A stretch of DNA of 62,920 nucleotides, the filler included, from Collodictyon triciliatum (lineage: Eukaryota), in NCBI GenBank assembly GCA_043381765.1. It is 17 parts of 17 records of this genome, joined end to end, with 100 filler letters (N's around TTAATTAATTAA, not from the genome) between each part and the next. Parts side by side here need not be neighbours in the genome. Positions count along the whole stretch, not along the records: positions 1 to 3,812 come from JBHJMP010006843.1; positions 3,913 to 7,722 come from JBHJMP010006844.1; positions 7,823 to 11,632 come from JBHJMP010006845.1; positions 11,733 to 15,540 come from JBHJMP010006846.1; 13 more parts are not named here. One strand, 5' to 3'. Numbering within the stretch: position 1 is the first letter of the stretch; each line of letters begins with the position of its first letter. The notes under the pieces are model-generated. The model had not been told where the DNA came from. It was given only the letters and a program-made list of their open reading frames with translations, and did not search any database. This document shows positions 1 through 11,937 of the stretch, piece by piece. Position numbers and translations under genes: made by a program.

Positions 1-276
1 TTTTTTATTCGTTCTTTTTTATTCGTTCTTTTTTATTCGTTCTTTTTTATTCGTTCTTTTTTATTCGTTCTTTTTTATTCGTTCTTTTTTATTCGTTCTA
101 TTAATTCTTTTAATTCTCTTGATGCAAAATAATCGACTAAACGATGATGTGGGTACTAAACATTGTGTGTCAAACTGGCTTCATTCATTATTAGCTATAT
201 TCATGAGAGAATTTACTCTTTCGTTTATTTAATTTTATTTTTTCTCATGCTTTTTATGTTTACTTTTCTTGTTAGA

Positions 277-1888
277 ATCCAAAAACCAAACCCCTCTGGT
301 GCCGTTGTTCGCTCAGTTCTTACCAGTGACCGAAGTGCATTCTACTACTTTAGCATTCGATGCAAGGCAGTCCCAATTTCCAACAAGTGCGCATTGTTCA
401 TCATTTTTCTCGTTTTCAAATATGCGTTTTCAAAGATTTAATACAATATCATTTCTTTAAAAAAAATATGTGACTGTTTTTTTACTTAAGGATAAACATC
501 CATGTCTTGTAGGAGCATGGGAGAGGAGCAAAACGTTTGGTTTATTGAAGACACCATTCAGATCAAAAATGCAATCCCATACCCCATCGATATTAGCATC
601 CAAAATGGACCTGATGATACATTCCCTATCGAACTAACTTGTCCGGATGCCGGCTCTGTCGCATGTCAAAGGAAGAGCCCGAATGCACTTTTGAAAATTA
701 GATATCACAAATTCTCGTGGAGTCAGGAAGTGTCTCTGAAGCAAGATAGGCCGGATAGGCGCACATTCACTAGGTTTGTTTTGCTCTCAAAGGGAAACGA
801 CCGAAAGCTCGCTATTCAAGCTCGCATTCACACAAACGGTGAGATTACTCATATAGGCCATTCTCAATATTCATTCTTTTCAACTTCATCGCCTTGATGA
901 TTCATAATTGCAACCCACACACCCCACAGCGATTATTTTACTATTTACGGATCATATTCTCATGAATCTATTCGTAGGGAATACAAAAGAAATCACATTC
1001 TTTGCTCCGTATTGGATTGTTAGTCATTTCGACTACCCCCTGTATTTCAAATCCTCAGATGGGCTCAAAGGGATGGTTAAAGGTAAAAAGGCCTGGCTAA
1101 TTGGACCATGTTTATGTAAAAAAAAAAAAAATGAATGTCGTAATTGAAATTTCATCTTTTATATATCTTGTAAATCCAAACTCCGAACTCAAACAATAGG
1201 TCGGCCCGAGGAACTCAGGAAGCCGAAGTTGTTTTCATTCGCACAGGCAGATGAGAAATCTAACCAGCTCAGTATAAAATACCGAGATTCTGTGTGGTCA
1301 CAGGTTTTACAGCAACAAATCCATAATCATAATTTCAATCTATTTTTAGATATTTTGATTGGCATTCCCTCATCTTTATGTTTGACATCGGCATCATAGC
1401 CGTTCTCTTTAGATACCGTCGGGAGCTCGTTTAACGTCGAGCTTGAAGATAGAAAAAATGGCTATGTGTACATGATTGGAATTTCCATTTCTTTGGCTCA
1501 TGACAAGGTTTCTAATCCATAGAATAACCTTCATCAATCAACCAGTAGCTTTTGGCTTATTTTAAGAAAAAAATTCACAAAATTGATTATTATACGAAAC
1601 GTTGTCTTTCGTTTCTCAGCCATGAAGGTGTCTCTGAAGAAAACTTTGCCTAACCTCACTTGTGCCGCCATTAGTTTCTCCGCACAAAAGTTGTATCTAT
1701 CTCTCCGGCCCTGATTGTTGAAAATTTGACAAAATATCCCCTTCAATTCTCTCCAAAGTCAACGGGAGCTAGTCCGAAGGATATTTTTACGTTGAATACG
1801 AACAACCAACTGGCTTTCCACCCTCCATCCGACGCCCGCGAAGCAAAATTATGTGTTAAGATTCCAGCCCTTGAATGCGATTGGTAAG

Positions 1889-1968
<80 letters not shown>

Positions 1969-3639
1969 TTTTTGAAGGTTTCGTTTTGTACATGCTTAGG
2001 CCTAATTTTTTTTATCTCCCACATGTAAATTACAAAACCTTTCTGTAGGTCTGGACCTTTACTTCTCAATACTCCAGGATTTTATACCGTCTCTATGCGA
2101 AAACCTATCGGCGAAGATTATTTCGCACAGGTTTTTCATCACTCACTTTAGTGTGCATCATTATAATTAAAACGAATGAATGATCATAATTTTTTTTCCC
2201 ATTCTTACCTAGGCTTTTGTGACTTGTGAGAATGCTACCACTTTTGTTTCATTTGTCGAAGAAAGTAGTTTGGGACCTCCTATAAAGATATCGAACCAAA
2301 CAGATATGCGAATAGGCTTCCATCAGAAGGTGAGTTCTGGTAAAAGAAAGAATAATTTCAAATTCTTGCTGGTGGTTTGTAAGAGAGAGAGAGAGCATAA
2401 TCTATTTGAGCGCAAAGATGAACTAATTACATACCATCAACTCACCCACACCCTATTTTTTTTTATCCGTCTGTCCTATTTTTTTTTATTTATTTATTTA
2501 TTTATGATAGGGTGTCGATTTCACAAGAGAAGTTCTGGCCTACAATTTTGTTCGATATGCATTTGACGAACCCACAAGAGAACACACTGTCATATTGGTT
2601 TTTAATAGCGGCGAAACCGTGACAAAGTTTTTAATGACTTTCATTTTATTCTCTTGAGCGAAAAGTTTAAATATTTATATGTTGATTTACAATACCTTAA
2701 TCACATGGGATATCATATATAATACTTTTACAGATGTGAAGTTCCTACTACAACTGCGTTGGTGTATTTGACCGTGGATATCGCTCAAGTTTATCTTATA
2801 ATCGATTATCACTTTCATGTAGTCCAAGAAAGCTGCTTTTTTTTAACGTATTTTATCATCTCAAAATCGAAAGCCGGGACCAAACCGCACCAGGAAAGTC
2901 GATGTGGAACTGCACTTAGAGGGACCAACAAGAGTTATTAGAATTTGTGATGAAGCTGATAAACGAAACTTAAAGAAGTGAGATATTTAAAAGTATTTCA
3001 TACTAGATATATTTCCAAAAACTTTAATATGCATCGCTTGAACAACCTGCTAATCTTTTATTATTATTAAAAATATATGTCCAACTATGTTAGAATTCAC
3101 GAAAAGAAGAAAACCAGAATTTCAAGTATTTTCACAAAGAAACCCCAGAAAGAAAGTGTTAAGAGCTCGAGCAAATTCAAACGGCATGTTTCTTCTTCGT
3201 TAAATCTATTGCCCATGTATTGTATGGTTTATTGTCTTGCAAGAGTACTGCATAGGCTCGACTGGCTCATGGAAATTGAACTCATTTTGTTAGAGAATCA
3301 AGCACTATTGGTTCTGTGTTGTTGTCAATTAATATCCCTGTGTTGGGTGTGTCAATCATCGATGAGCTACCAAAGGTTCTCATTCGTATATCTTCTTTTC
3401 TTACAAATACATATATGTATACTAACGAATCAAAGCAATCGTAACAATCTTGTATCCAACCTCCTTTCTACATTCACCTGTGCTATGTGTCGTCTATGTG
3501 AATGTAATTATTGATTTGGCTTCTTCTAAAAACATCATATTTCTAGGAATTGTTGTATTTATCTGTATATGATATAAGCATTTGTTTGCAGAAGACAAAA
3601 ACATCACGTAGCATTGAAATATCGGTTACGTCTGCACAG
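277..3639 (+). CDS. VPS13: VPS13-family lipid transfer protein, internal multi-exon fragment (VAB/SHR-binding repeats into the APT1-like region)
   Basis: GT-AG splicing joins NGNTKEITFFAPYWIV, KPKLFSF, VWSQ|PFSLDTVGS, FLRTKVVSISP, DW|SGP, PIKISNQT, YAFDEP, EGPTRVIRI and LGVSIIDELPK|ELLYLS. These motifs are typical of VPS13. Confidence 0.85.
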
Positions 3640-3812
3640 GTAATTTGACGTTAAGTGCATATCCTGTGTCATTTGGTCGATTATATTTTCTGAAAGTAAT
3701 ACGGTGTTTTGTTGTTTTGTTGTTTTGTTGTTTTGTTGTTTTGTTGTTTTGTTGTTTTGTTGTTTTGTTGTTTTGTTGTTTTGTTGTTTTGTTGTTTTGT
3801 TGTTTTGTTGTT

Positions 3813-3912
3813 NNNNNNNNNNNNNNNNNNNNNNNNNNNNNNNNNNNNNNNNNNNNTTAATTAATTAANNNNNNNNNNNNNNNNNNNNNNNNNNNNNNNN
3901 NNNNNNNNNNNN
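3813..3912. other. Artificial contig spacer (N44-TTAATTAATTAA-N44); first of 16 in the window
   Basis: The same 100-nt linker, with stops in all six frames, recurs about every 3.9 kb (e.g. 7723, 11633, 15541, 19448, 23355, 27261 ... 61492). Contigs usually end in microsatellites. Confidence 0.98.
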
Positions 3913-4015
3913 ATAATGATAATGATAATGATAATGATAATGATAATGATAATGATAATGATAATGATAATGATAATGATAATGATAATGATAATGATAA
4001 TGATAATGATAATGT

Positions 4016-4175
4016 TTTTTTTTTCCTTTATTCGATTCAAAGTGTAGCGAGGTTATGCCATACAAAGGGGCGGGATGGGACGCATGGTAGAGAGCAAACG
4101 CGAGTAGGGGAAGGCACTACCGTGGAGAGGGTAGCACTGGAAAGAAATCAGTGATAGCGAGTTGGTCAGGTGGGC
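4016..4175 (-). mobile_element. 5'-truncated 3' end of a non-LTR retroelement (about 160 nt)
   Basis: Ends TTTGTATGGCATAACCTCGCTACACTTTGAATCGAATAAAGG plus polyA on the minus strand. Aligns along its length with 41617-41765. Confidence 0.75.
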
Positions 4176-4863
4176 CGCTGCGGCAAAGATGAAAGGTTCA
4201 CTCACTCATTATACAAGCCATGTAACACAACCACAGCACGAAAAAAAAAAGATAGAAATAAACATGGACATTAATGGCATGAAGAAAATTTTGCATCCAA
4301 AAAGGGAAAGAGGTGATGTACAATCCGTACAACTATCACCATACATTTTTCAATCTGTGGAATTTACAGCATATACAAATTTTGTGGTGCATGTCGAATA
4401 CTGTGTCATATATTTTCCCAATTTTTGCAGCAGGAATATACGTCATGCATAATTGGGCGAAATGGCGCCTGGAGCGTTCGAGAATGTTCTGCCTTCCTAA
4501 TCACCACACGAGCCACACACCGCACACGAGCGACACACAGCCCAATCCGCCCACTATATATTGAGATGGCTGCATATTTATTCGGATGGAAGATTCGCCG
4601 GCCTTTGTGGGATATTTAACCTTCGTCCCGTCGAAATCAATGCTGCCCTGCGCTCTTTCTTTCTCGCTACCTTATCACATCACCCATTCGCAATGCGCGT
4701 TCTATTCTCTGTGTGCACAACCGCACTGCTTTCACTCGAGCAACGCCAGTCTGTGTGACCTGTCAAGTGCATTCATAAAACAAATAAACACCGCTGTGCA
4801 CTAACACAACCCAGTCCAGTCGCCCACACAGCGCCAAGAACTCGCTCAAACCGCCCCCACCCC

Positions 4864-7323
4864 ATGGGAAACACTCTGTCTAGGGAGGATGCGCTTTTAG
4901 AACAAGTCCGAAAGATCGCCGGATTTGACGACATCGCCTCTTTAAAAAGGTCCGAGAGTCTGCTACTCGAATCCAAAGGTCTGACTTCCGTTCCTTACGG
5001 TGTTTTCATGTTGACTGGTCTGAAAGGCTTGAGCCTTCATGGCAATCAGTTGTCGTCGCTTCCTCCACAAATATCATGTTTGACTGGTCTCACGTGGCTT
5101 AATGTTAGTTCTAATAAGTTGTCTTCGCTGCCAGCACAAATATCTTGTTTGACTGGTCTCTCTGTGCTTTGCATTGATGGCAAAAAGCTGACATATGTTC
5201 CTCCTGGCGTTTTCTTGATGACTGGTCTGAAAGTATTGGGTCTTCGTTATAATCAGTTGTCATCGCTGCCTGCACAAATATCGTGTTTGATTGGTCTCAT
5301 TGAACTTCATGTTTATAGCAATCAGTTATCATCGCTGCCTCCACAAATATCGTGTTTGATTGGTCTCTCATGGCTTGATGTTGGTGCCAATAAGTTGTCA
5401 TCGCTGCCAGCACAAATATCGTGTTTGATTGGTCTCACTGAGCTTGATGTTTATAGCAACCCGGTATGTTTTTATACATTTATTATTGCTATTTTTATTT
5501 ATGTTGAAAAGATTAAGTCACTGACAACGATACGTGCAGATGGAGGAGCTTCCACCAGAAATCACAGCGCTCACAAATCTTATGAAACTTGACATGGTGG
5601 ACGGCAATGGAAAAGCGAACATAAATAGAGTGCCGCGTGGCGTCACAGCCCTCCCATGCTGGACCAACACGTCTCACAGCGTTAACAAACACATCCGCGC
5701 TCTGCAGCTCTACGACCCCGTAAGCACACTTCCACCTAAACCTCCACATGCACACAACATAGAACACCACTGACGGAACTCTAGGTCGACACCACAGCAG
5801 AAGTCCGCAAGGCAGCCGAAGAAACCCGTAAGGAAGAAGAAACCCGTAAGGAAGAAGAAACCCGTAAGGAAGAAGAAACCCTTAAGGAAGAAGAAACCCT
5901 TAAGGAAGAAGAAACCCGTAAGGAAGAAGAAATCCGTAAGGAAGAAGAAACCCGTAAGGAAGAAGAAACCCGTAAGGAAGAAGAAATCCGTAAGGAAGAA
6001 GAAACCCGTAAGGAAGAAGAAACCCGTAAGGAAGAAGAAACCCGTAAGGAAGAAGAAACCCGTAAGGAAGAAGAAACCCGTAAGGAAGAAGCAGCCCGCA
6101 AGGCAGCTGAAGAAGCACACAAAGCCGAAGAAGATCGTAAGGCTGAAGAAACCCGTGAGGCAGCTGAATCTTCGAGTACATTAATAGACTCCCCTTTCAC
6201 ATACAATCGCCTGCTTTCACGTCAAGGATATATCTCATAAAAATCCACCACAGCAACCAGCCGCCTGTCCCTCGGCAAATACGCCGACCTGCTAACCACG
6301 GACTTTGAGAAGCGGGAGAACTTCCTGGGCAAGGGCGGCTTCGGGGCGGCGTACAGGGTACAGCCGAGAGCGGGCCTTTTCGCTGTCAAGAAGATCCCTG
6401 ACGCCATGGTCTCTTTGTCTCCGGACAGTGCAGACCCCGAGAAGGAGGGCAACATGATGCTCGAGCTGCAGCACCCAAACATCTTGACGCTCTACGACTT
6501 CGGATTCCGCGGCAGGGACCTGCTCTTTGTCATGGAGTTTGCGGACGGCGGAGAGCTCTGCTCGTTCATCAAAAAGTACAAAGCACTAGGAAACGACGCA
6601 ACCCTCAGATACGGGATGCACATCATCCAGGGACTCGTCTACCTGCACACACGGCCAAACCCCATCCAGCACCGCGACCTCAAGACCGAAAATGTCCTGC
6701 TTGTGAACGGTGTCGCCAAGCTAACCGACTTCGGCCTTGCAAAAAGCGGCGCATCTGTCAACTCGGTGAGTAAGTTTGCCGGCTCGACAAACTGGTCGCC
6801 GCCCGAGGTTTTTGAAGAAGGCAAGGGTGTTGGGCTGCCCAGCGACGTCTACTCGTACGGCGTGGTCCTCTGGTCCATGCTGAACGGCGAGTATCCGTAC
6901 GAGGGTATGACAAACGGCCAAGTCGGAGCCTGTCTGACCAGCGGTAAACTGCTTCCTCTCCCACCAACCTGTCCTTCTAACCTCGCAGCTCTTATCCACA
7001 AGTGCTGGGAGAAAAACTATGAGACTCGCATCACTGCTCAACAGGTTGAGGCCCAGCTCAGAGGAATCATCTCCAATCCCGCTGTTGTCCAAGCCACTCC
7101 GAGGATGGGCTCCGTCAGGGATATGGGCACGCAGAGGCTCATCGCCTACCTTGAAACTAAGATGGCCAACCCGAAGCTCATTCAAGCCTGCAAAGAAAAC
7201 GACATTAGCGGAGCCGAGTTCCTTCTGATGACAGAGTCAGACTTGAGAGAACTTGTCCCCGAGCTGAAATCCCTCCACATCCGCGCCGCCCTCAATCTCA
7301 TCGAGGAAGCCAAGCGCACCTAA
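4864..7323 (+). CDS. LRR - E/R/K spacer - Ser/Thr (TKL-like) kinase - SAM protein; exons 4864-5463, 5540-5719, 5785-6175, 6254-7323
   Basis: 23-aa LRRs. GT-AG introns in phases 0/0/1 splice in frame. The kinase has GKGGFG, AVK, HRDLKTEN, DFG, PPE and SDVYSYG. The C-terminus ENDISGAEFLLMTESDLREL fits a SAM domain. N-terminal MGNTLS fits a myristoylation motif. Confidence 0.9.
5821..6090 (+). repeat. Coding 18-bp tandem repeat GAAACCCGTAAGGAAGAA x15 (ETRKEE)
   Basis: Read directly from the sequence; lies inside exon 3. Confidence 0.97.
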
Positions 7324-7577
7324 TCACCGCCCCACTCCTTTTCATTTCGCGGGTTTTGTAGGCTTCACCCGACCCTCTGTTGCCTTTGTCCCTACCCCCA
7401 CGCACATCCCCACCGCACCCGCAACTGAATAAAAGAAATACAAAAAGGTACTCCACTCCGCTCTTTTCCCATCCCCCACTAGAAAAAAAGTAGCCGTTTA
7501 CTGGTTTTGTTGATCGGTTGTGTTGCAGGGAGGAAATTGAGAATCTTCCCCTTTGGTTTTGCACAAAAACCACACGT

Positions 7578-7722
7578 ATGGCAACCAAGCCGAGCTCAGG
7601 TGCGGTGAGCGCAAGCGAAACAGACAAGAGCGAGGTGCCTCAACTTGACGACGAGAATGTGGTCTACGAGCACTACCGGACGCGACGGGTGGAGCGAGCA
7701 GCGGGGCTGCAGGAGAAGGGAC
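7578..7722 (+). CDS. 5' fragment of an unknown protein, truncated by the gap
   Basis: ATG-initiated GC-rich frame MATKPSSGAVSASETDKSEV... stays open to the contig end. Confidence 0.4.
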
Positions 7723-8103
7723 NNNNNNNNNNNNNNNNNNNNNNNNNNNNNNNNNNNNNNNNNNNNTTAATTAATTAANNNNNNNNNNNNNNNNNNNNNN
7801 NNNNNNNNNNNNNNNNNNNNNNAAACAAAAACAAAAACAAAAACAAAAACAAAAACAAAAACAAAAACAAAAACAAAAACAAAAACAAAAACAAAAACAA
7901 AAACAAAAACAACAACAAAAACAACAACAAAACAACAACAAAACAGCAACAAAACAACAACAAAACAACAACAACAAAAAAAAACAACAAAAACCAAACA
8001 AACGAAAAAAAAAACCATACATATCAACTAACTTCGTAGTATTTTCGTAAATCCTGCGAATCCAAAAAAAAAAAAAAAACAAGGAAGAAAAGAGAAGAAA
8101 ACC

Positions 8104-9378
8104 ATGGGAGGAATTGTTTCCTTGCAGCTCCTCCCAGAGAATCACGACTATGCAATCTTTGACTACCACGAGACTCCACTCTACGACCCGCCATCGAGTT
8201 TTATTACCCACACAACGCGCTCCAGCAACTACGACTTTCATCCCGAGGGTCCACATTTCCATTCCACTCGGCCTTCCTTGACGAGCCAAACCAATCATCT
8301 GGACCGCACAGCACCCACACCGAACCACCGCATCGCTGCGCCTGGAAGGAGGATGTTCATGTTTGGAAGAAGATTCACTCGAGTTCATTCTCAGCCACTC
8401 TCCAGCTCAGTAACACAGCGTCCCTCCGGTTATCCTGTCAGTGCCTTTGACGGAGAAGACAGGGAAAGCCTGCCGTTTCGAGGCCCTCGGCACTGGTGGA
8501 ATCTCCTGCAATCAAGTATGCATAGAATTAATAATCCGTGTTTGTGTCCGAGTTTTGCTAGGGAAGAAAACATGACTGAGATATATATAATTCACAATAA
8601 GAGACAGACAATAAGAGACAGACAATAAGAGACAGACAATAAGAGACAGACAATAGGAAATCCTCAATAAGAAACAAGCAATAAGAAACAAGCAATAAGA
8701 AACAAGCAATAAGAAACAAGCAATAAGAAACAAGCAATAAGAAACAAGCAATAAGAAACAAGCAATAAGAAATACGCAATAATAATACATAATAACATCA
8801 TATTTAATCAATAAATTACGCCATAAGGAGTAAAGCAAAGAGCTCTGGCCACTCGGCTGTCACGCGGAACTACCTTAGATACCGCTCTTCGGGAGCAATG
8901 GCCTCGGGATAATTCAGCTCCGGACAGTAGTGGAAATACAGATAACAGTGAAAATCGCACCGTGTCCTCACTTGGTGTTGCTCCAAACAACCGTGACATT
9001 CATCCACCCACAACATCCTCACCATCTTACCCACCATCACAACCACAGGCTTTGGTAAATACTGCGCGATTGATTTCTCCTTCAAGATACAGATTCCTGG
9101 GCCTCAGCCCAAGCGAGTTCGATGGATACTTATCTGCGCATATTGTCGCATTACCTCCAAGCACCCACCCAGGAAAGAGAGAGGATTGTTGTTGCACGAT
9201 TTGCCACGAACCCTTATGTGACGACGTAGGTACAATCGCAGTGGACTCAGCTGGTGGTGTATTATGCTTGCCCCTATGCCACCACTCCTTCCATGTGGCG
9301 TGCTTTCGGCCTTGGGTGCAGTTACGAAACTCTTGTCCCGTCTGCCGTGAGGTTGCTTTCCCATCACATCCGCTTTGA
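8104..9378 (+). CDS. RING-H2 E3 ubiquitin ligase; exons 8104-8515 and 8828-9378
   Basis: C-terminal CTIC...LCHHSFHVACFRPWVQLRNSCPVCR (C3H2C3). The phase-1 intron 8516-8827 splices in frame. Confidence 0.85.
8596..8772 (+). repeat. Intronic 14-bp minisatellites (AATAAGAGACAGAC, then AATAAGAAACAAGC)
   Basis: Read directly from the sequence. Confidence 0.9.
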
Positions 9379-9926
9379 CTGGTTGGTCTGAGGCTGTCCT
9401 TAATCATTCACAGAGGCCGACATCGGTTTCCTCGAGATATATGCTGTGCGATGTAGCCGCCAATTGTCCTTTATGTCATTCCTCTCTTGTCTGAACCCTA
9501 AACCACACATAGAAAGATTTACTTTTTAAACAAATACCCACCCGAAAAATAAAGAAATGTAAAAATAAAAAAAAATAAAATAAAATCGAATCAGTTGATG
9601 ACATTAATACTTTCTTTCGTAATGACATCATCAAAACAATTACAGTAGTCAAAATATTCGAAAAAAAAAAAGAAAGAAAAAAGCCCGCCTTGACTCACCT
9701 TCACATTCTACTCTACACATACACTACTCAACCTCGTTAGTTTGATCGGGATCTTTTTCCTCTTCCGTGTCATTACGCTGAAGGTATCGTCTTTTTGTCC
9801 CTGGAAGCACATTAGCCAGAGCACTTCCAGTAAACCTTGATTGTCGACAAGGCACCCTTTGAAACTGTGATCGATATGTTACATAATATCATGTTTTCTA
9901 AATGTTTTTTTTTTTGTGTGGATAGA

Positions 9927-11632
9927 ATGCCACTCACGACGATGAGATACTCCACACTATTCAAAGCACTTTGGGCTATTATTCTATTCACCTGGCTGGC
10001 GACATGGGTATATTTTCCGGCTGAGCTCTCAAAAGGTATGTACTATGTTATAAGTTAATAATATGCTTCAAAAAAATAGGGTGTTGCGTGGCGTTCTTCC
10101 TGTTTGCAAGTCTATATATTTTCTGTTTCCTTTTTGATATTGAGTGCTCAGAGAAATAACAATAAATAAGTACATATTAAAACCTATAAAAGTTTCGTTT
10201 TACTATTGCTTGAAACCTTTATCTTTAGTTATTTCTCTATCTATGTCTCGTAATTGGAGACATGCATTACAAATCAACACATGATGATATCTTGTTCCTT
10301 TCTCGGCTCTCTCATATTTGTTCCCCATTCTTTTTGCAACTTGTACGATAGATAAGCTAATTCATAATAACACATAAACCTCCACCATCTTCACAATTAG
10401 AAAGGAAGAATAAAATAAAAATATGCTATGACACACATTTTTTTAGTATACCTGAGTCAATGTAAATACACGATCATTTACCTTTTCTAAGGCTCATCTT
10501 TCCTTATCAACTCATCGATAATCTAATATTTGACCAATAGGCGGACAAGATAGCCTTGATTTAGGAAAGCCAAAGACATCTGGTAATCACAACATAGCGG
10601 TTGATTACCCACATAAAATACTTACCACTCGCCTTTAGCTATGTCAAGAGAAATTTAAGAAATTAGTGAATATTTCACTGTAAAAGCCATCCTCTCTCTC
10701 TCTTTATAATAGAAATAATATGAAATAATATCTCTGTGATATAATAATCTTAGCAATCTATATTGCTTTTTTTAAAAAAAGATTAGTATATATTATTCCG
10801 TCAGCAATGAATGCTACATTATTATTAAACATCTAAAAAAACGAATACCCTTTATAATAGGAGGGGATATGAGTGGTACGAAGAGAAGCAATATAAGCAG
10901 TTTAATTATTGACACATCATTTCGTGCAAAAGACGAAGACTGGTCTCCATATGATAAAAGGTTCAAAGAATTCATTCCCCTGAAAAAATACAATCCTTCA
11001 TGTGTCTGGACCTGCGATGCTAAGGGGGTTATTGGAGTACCTCTCTTCCAAGGGGAATTCTGTCCTGCAGAAACAACTTGTGAATTTGAAAGAAAATCTG
11101 ACAATTTAAAAAAACTCAGTATTGGTAATTGCATTGATGAGAAACATTTTCGATGTTCACTTCCATATAACGAGGATTGCAGTGGGTATTCAATCAACTT
11201 ATGGACTTTAAGCGTGAACACCAGCAAAGAGAAACTCTCTTTAGATTACACACTCCTGGTGATTAGCGAGTCAAGACCATTTGCTATTTACAGTATCTAC
11301 AAAGAAGATAATTCTCCTGTTATAACAGTAAACTCCTTCTTTCTCCCAGTTATGTATGAAGAGAACAATTGCAATATCCTTTATTGTGTCTTTGAATTCG
11401 ATGATTTGGTCTTACATGAAGAAAAAGCCATACCTGGAGATATTTCATATGTCTATTGCCCAGTTCCGAAGACAAAAACCCTACCAAACTTTCTTCGACT
11501 GACCTACGACCACAAAATCTTCAGCCACCCATATCCGTTCCGTATAACACCGATGATGAATCACCTCCCAAAGGTGAAACTGACTATTTGTGCAATCGTT
11601 CGCGGAGAAGGGTATAATTTACACGAGTGGTT
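9927..11632 (+). CDS. Type II membrane glycosyltransferase, GT92/DUF23-like; 5' part only
   Basis: N-terminal TM exon (LWAIILFTWLATWVYF), a small exon at about 10541-10582, and a large exon ending KLTICAIVRGEGYNLHEW, which resembles the start of a GT92 catalytic domain. Confidence 0.6.
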
Positions 11633-11937
11633 NNNNNNNNNNNNNNNNNNNNNNNNNNNNNNNNNNNNNNNNNNNNTTAATTAATTAANNNNNNNNNNNN
11701 NNNNNNNNNNNNNNNNNNNNNNNNNNNNNNNNACCCCCCCCCCCCCCCCCAAACCCCAAGCAAAGGCCCCCTTTTTTTTTTTTTTTTAAAAAAAAAAACA
11801 AACTACTTTCCCTCGTGTTTTCCGGAAAATATGTCAATAATTTATAATTATACGTAGCCACTATGGCAAAGTAGAGCAAAACCCAGCAAGACATTATAAA
11901 GTATAGTAAATTCACGAAAGAAGGTCACAAGTCTACC

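Noticed and set aside
3857-3868. Regularly spaced TTAATTAATTAA palindromes
   Set aside because: Always embedded in N runs: an assembly linker, not biology. Cross-contig gene clustering was disregarded for the same reason.
5710-6206. Minus-strand repetitive ORFs (FFFLTG, SSSLRV, LLPYGF)
   Set aside because: Shadows of the 18-bp coding repeat on the plus strand.
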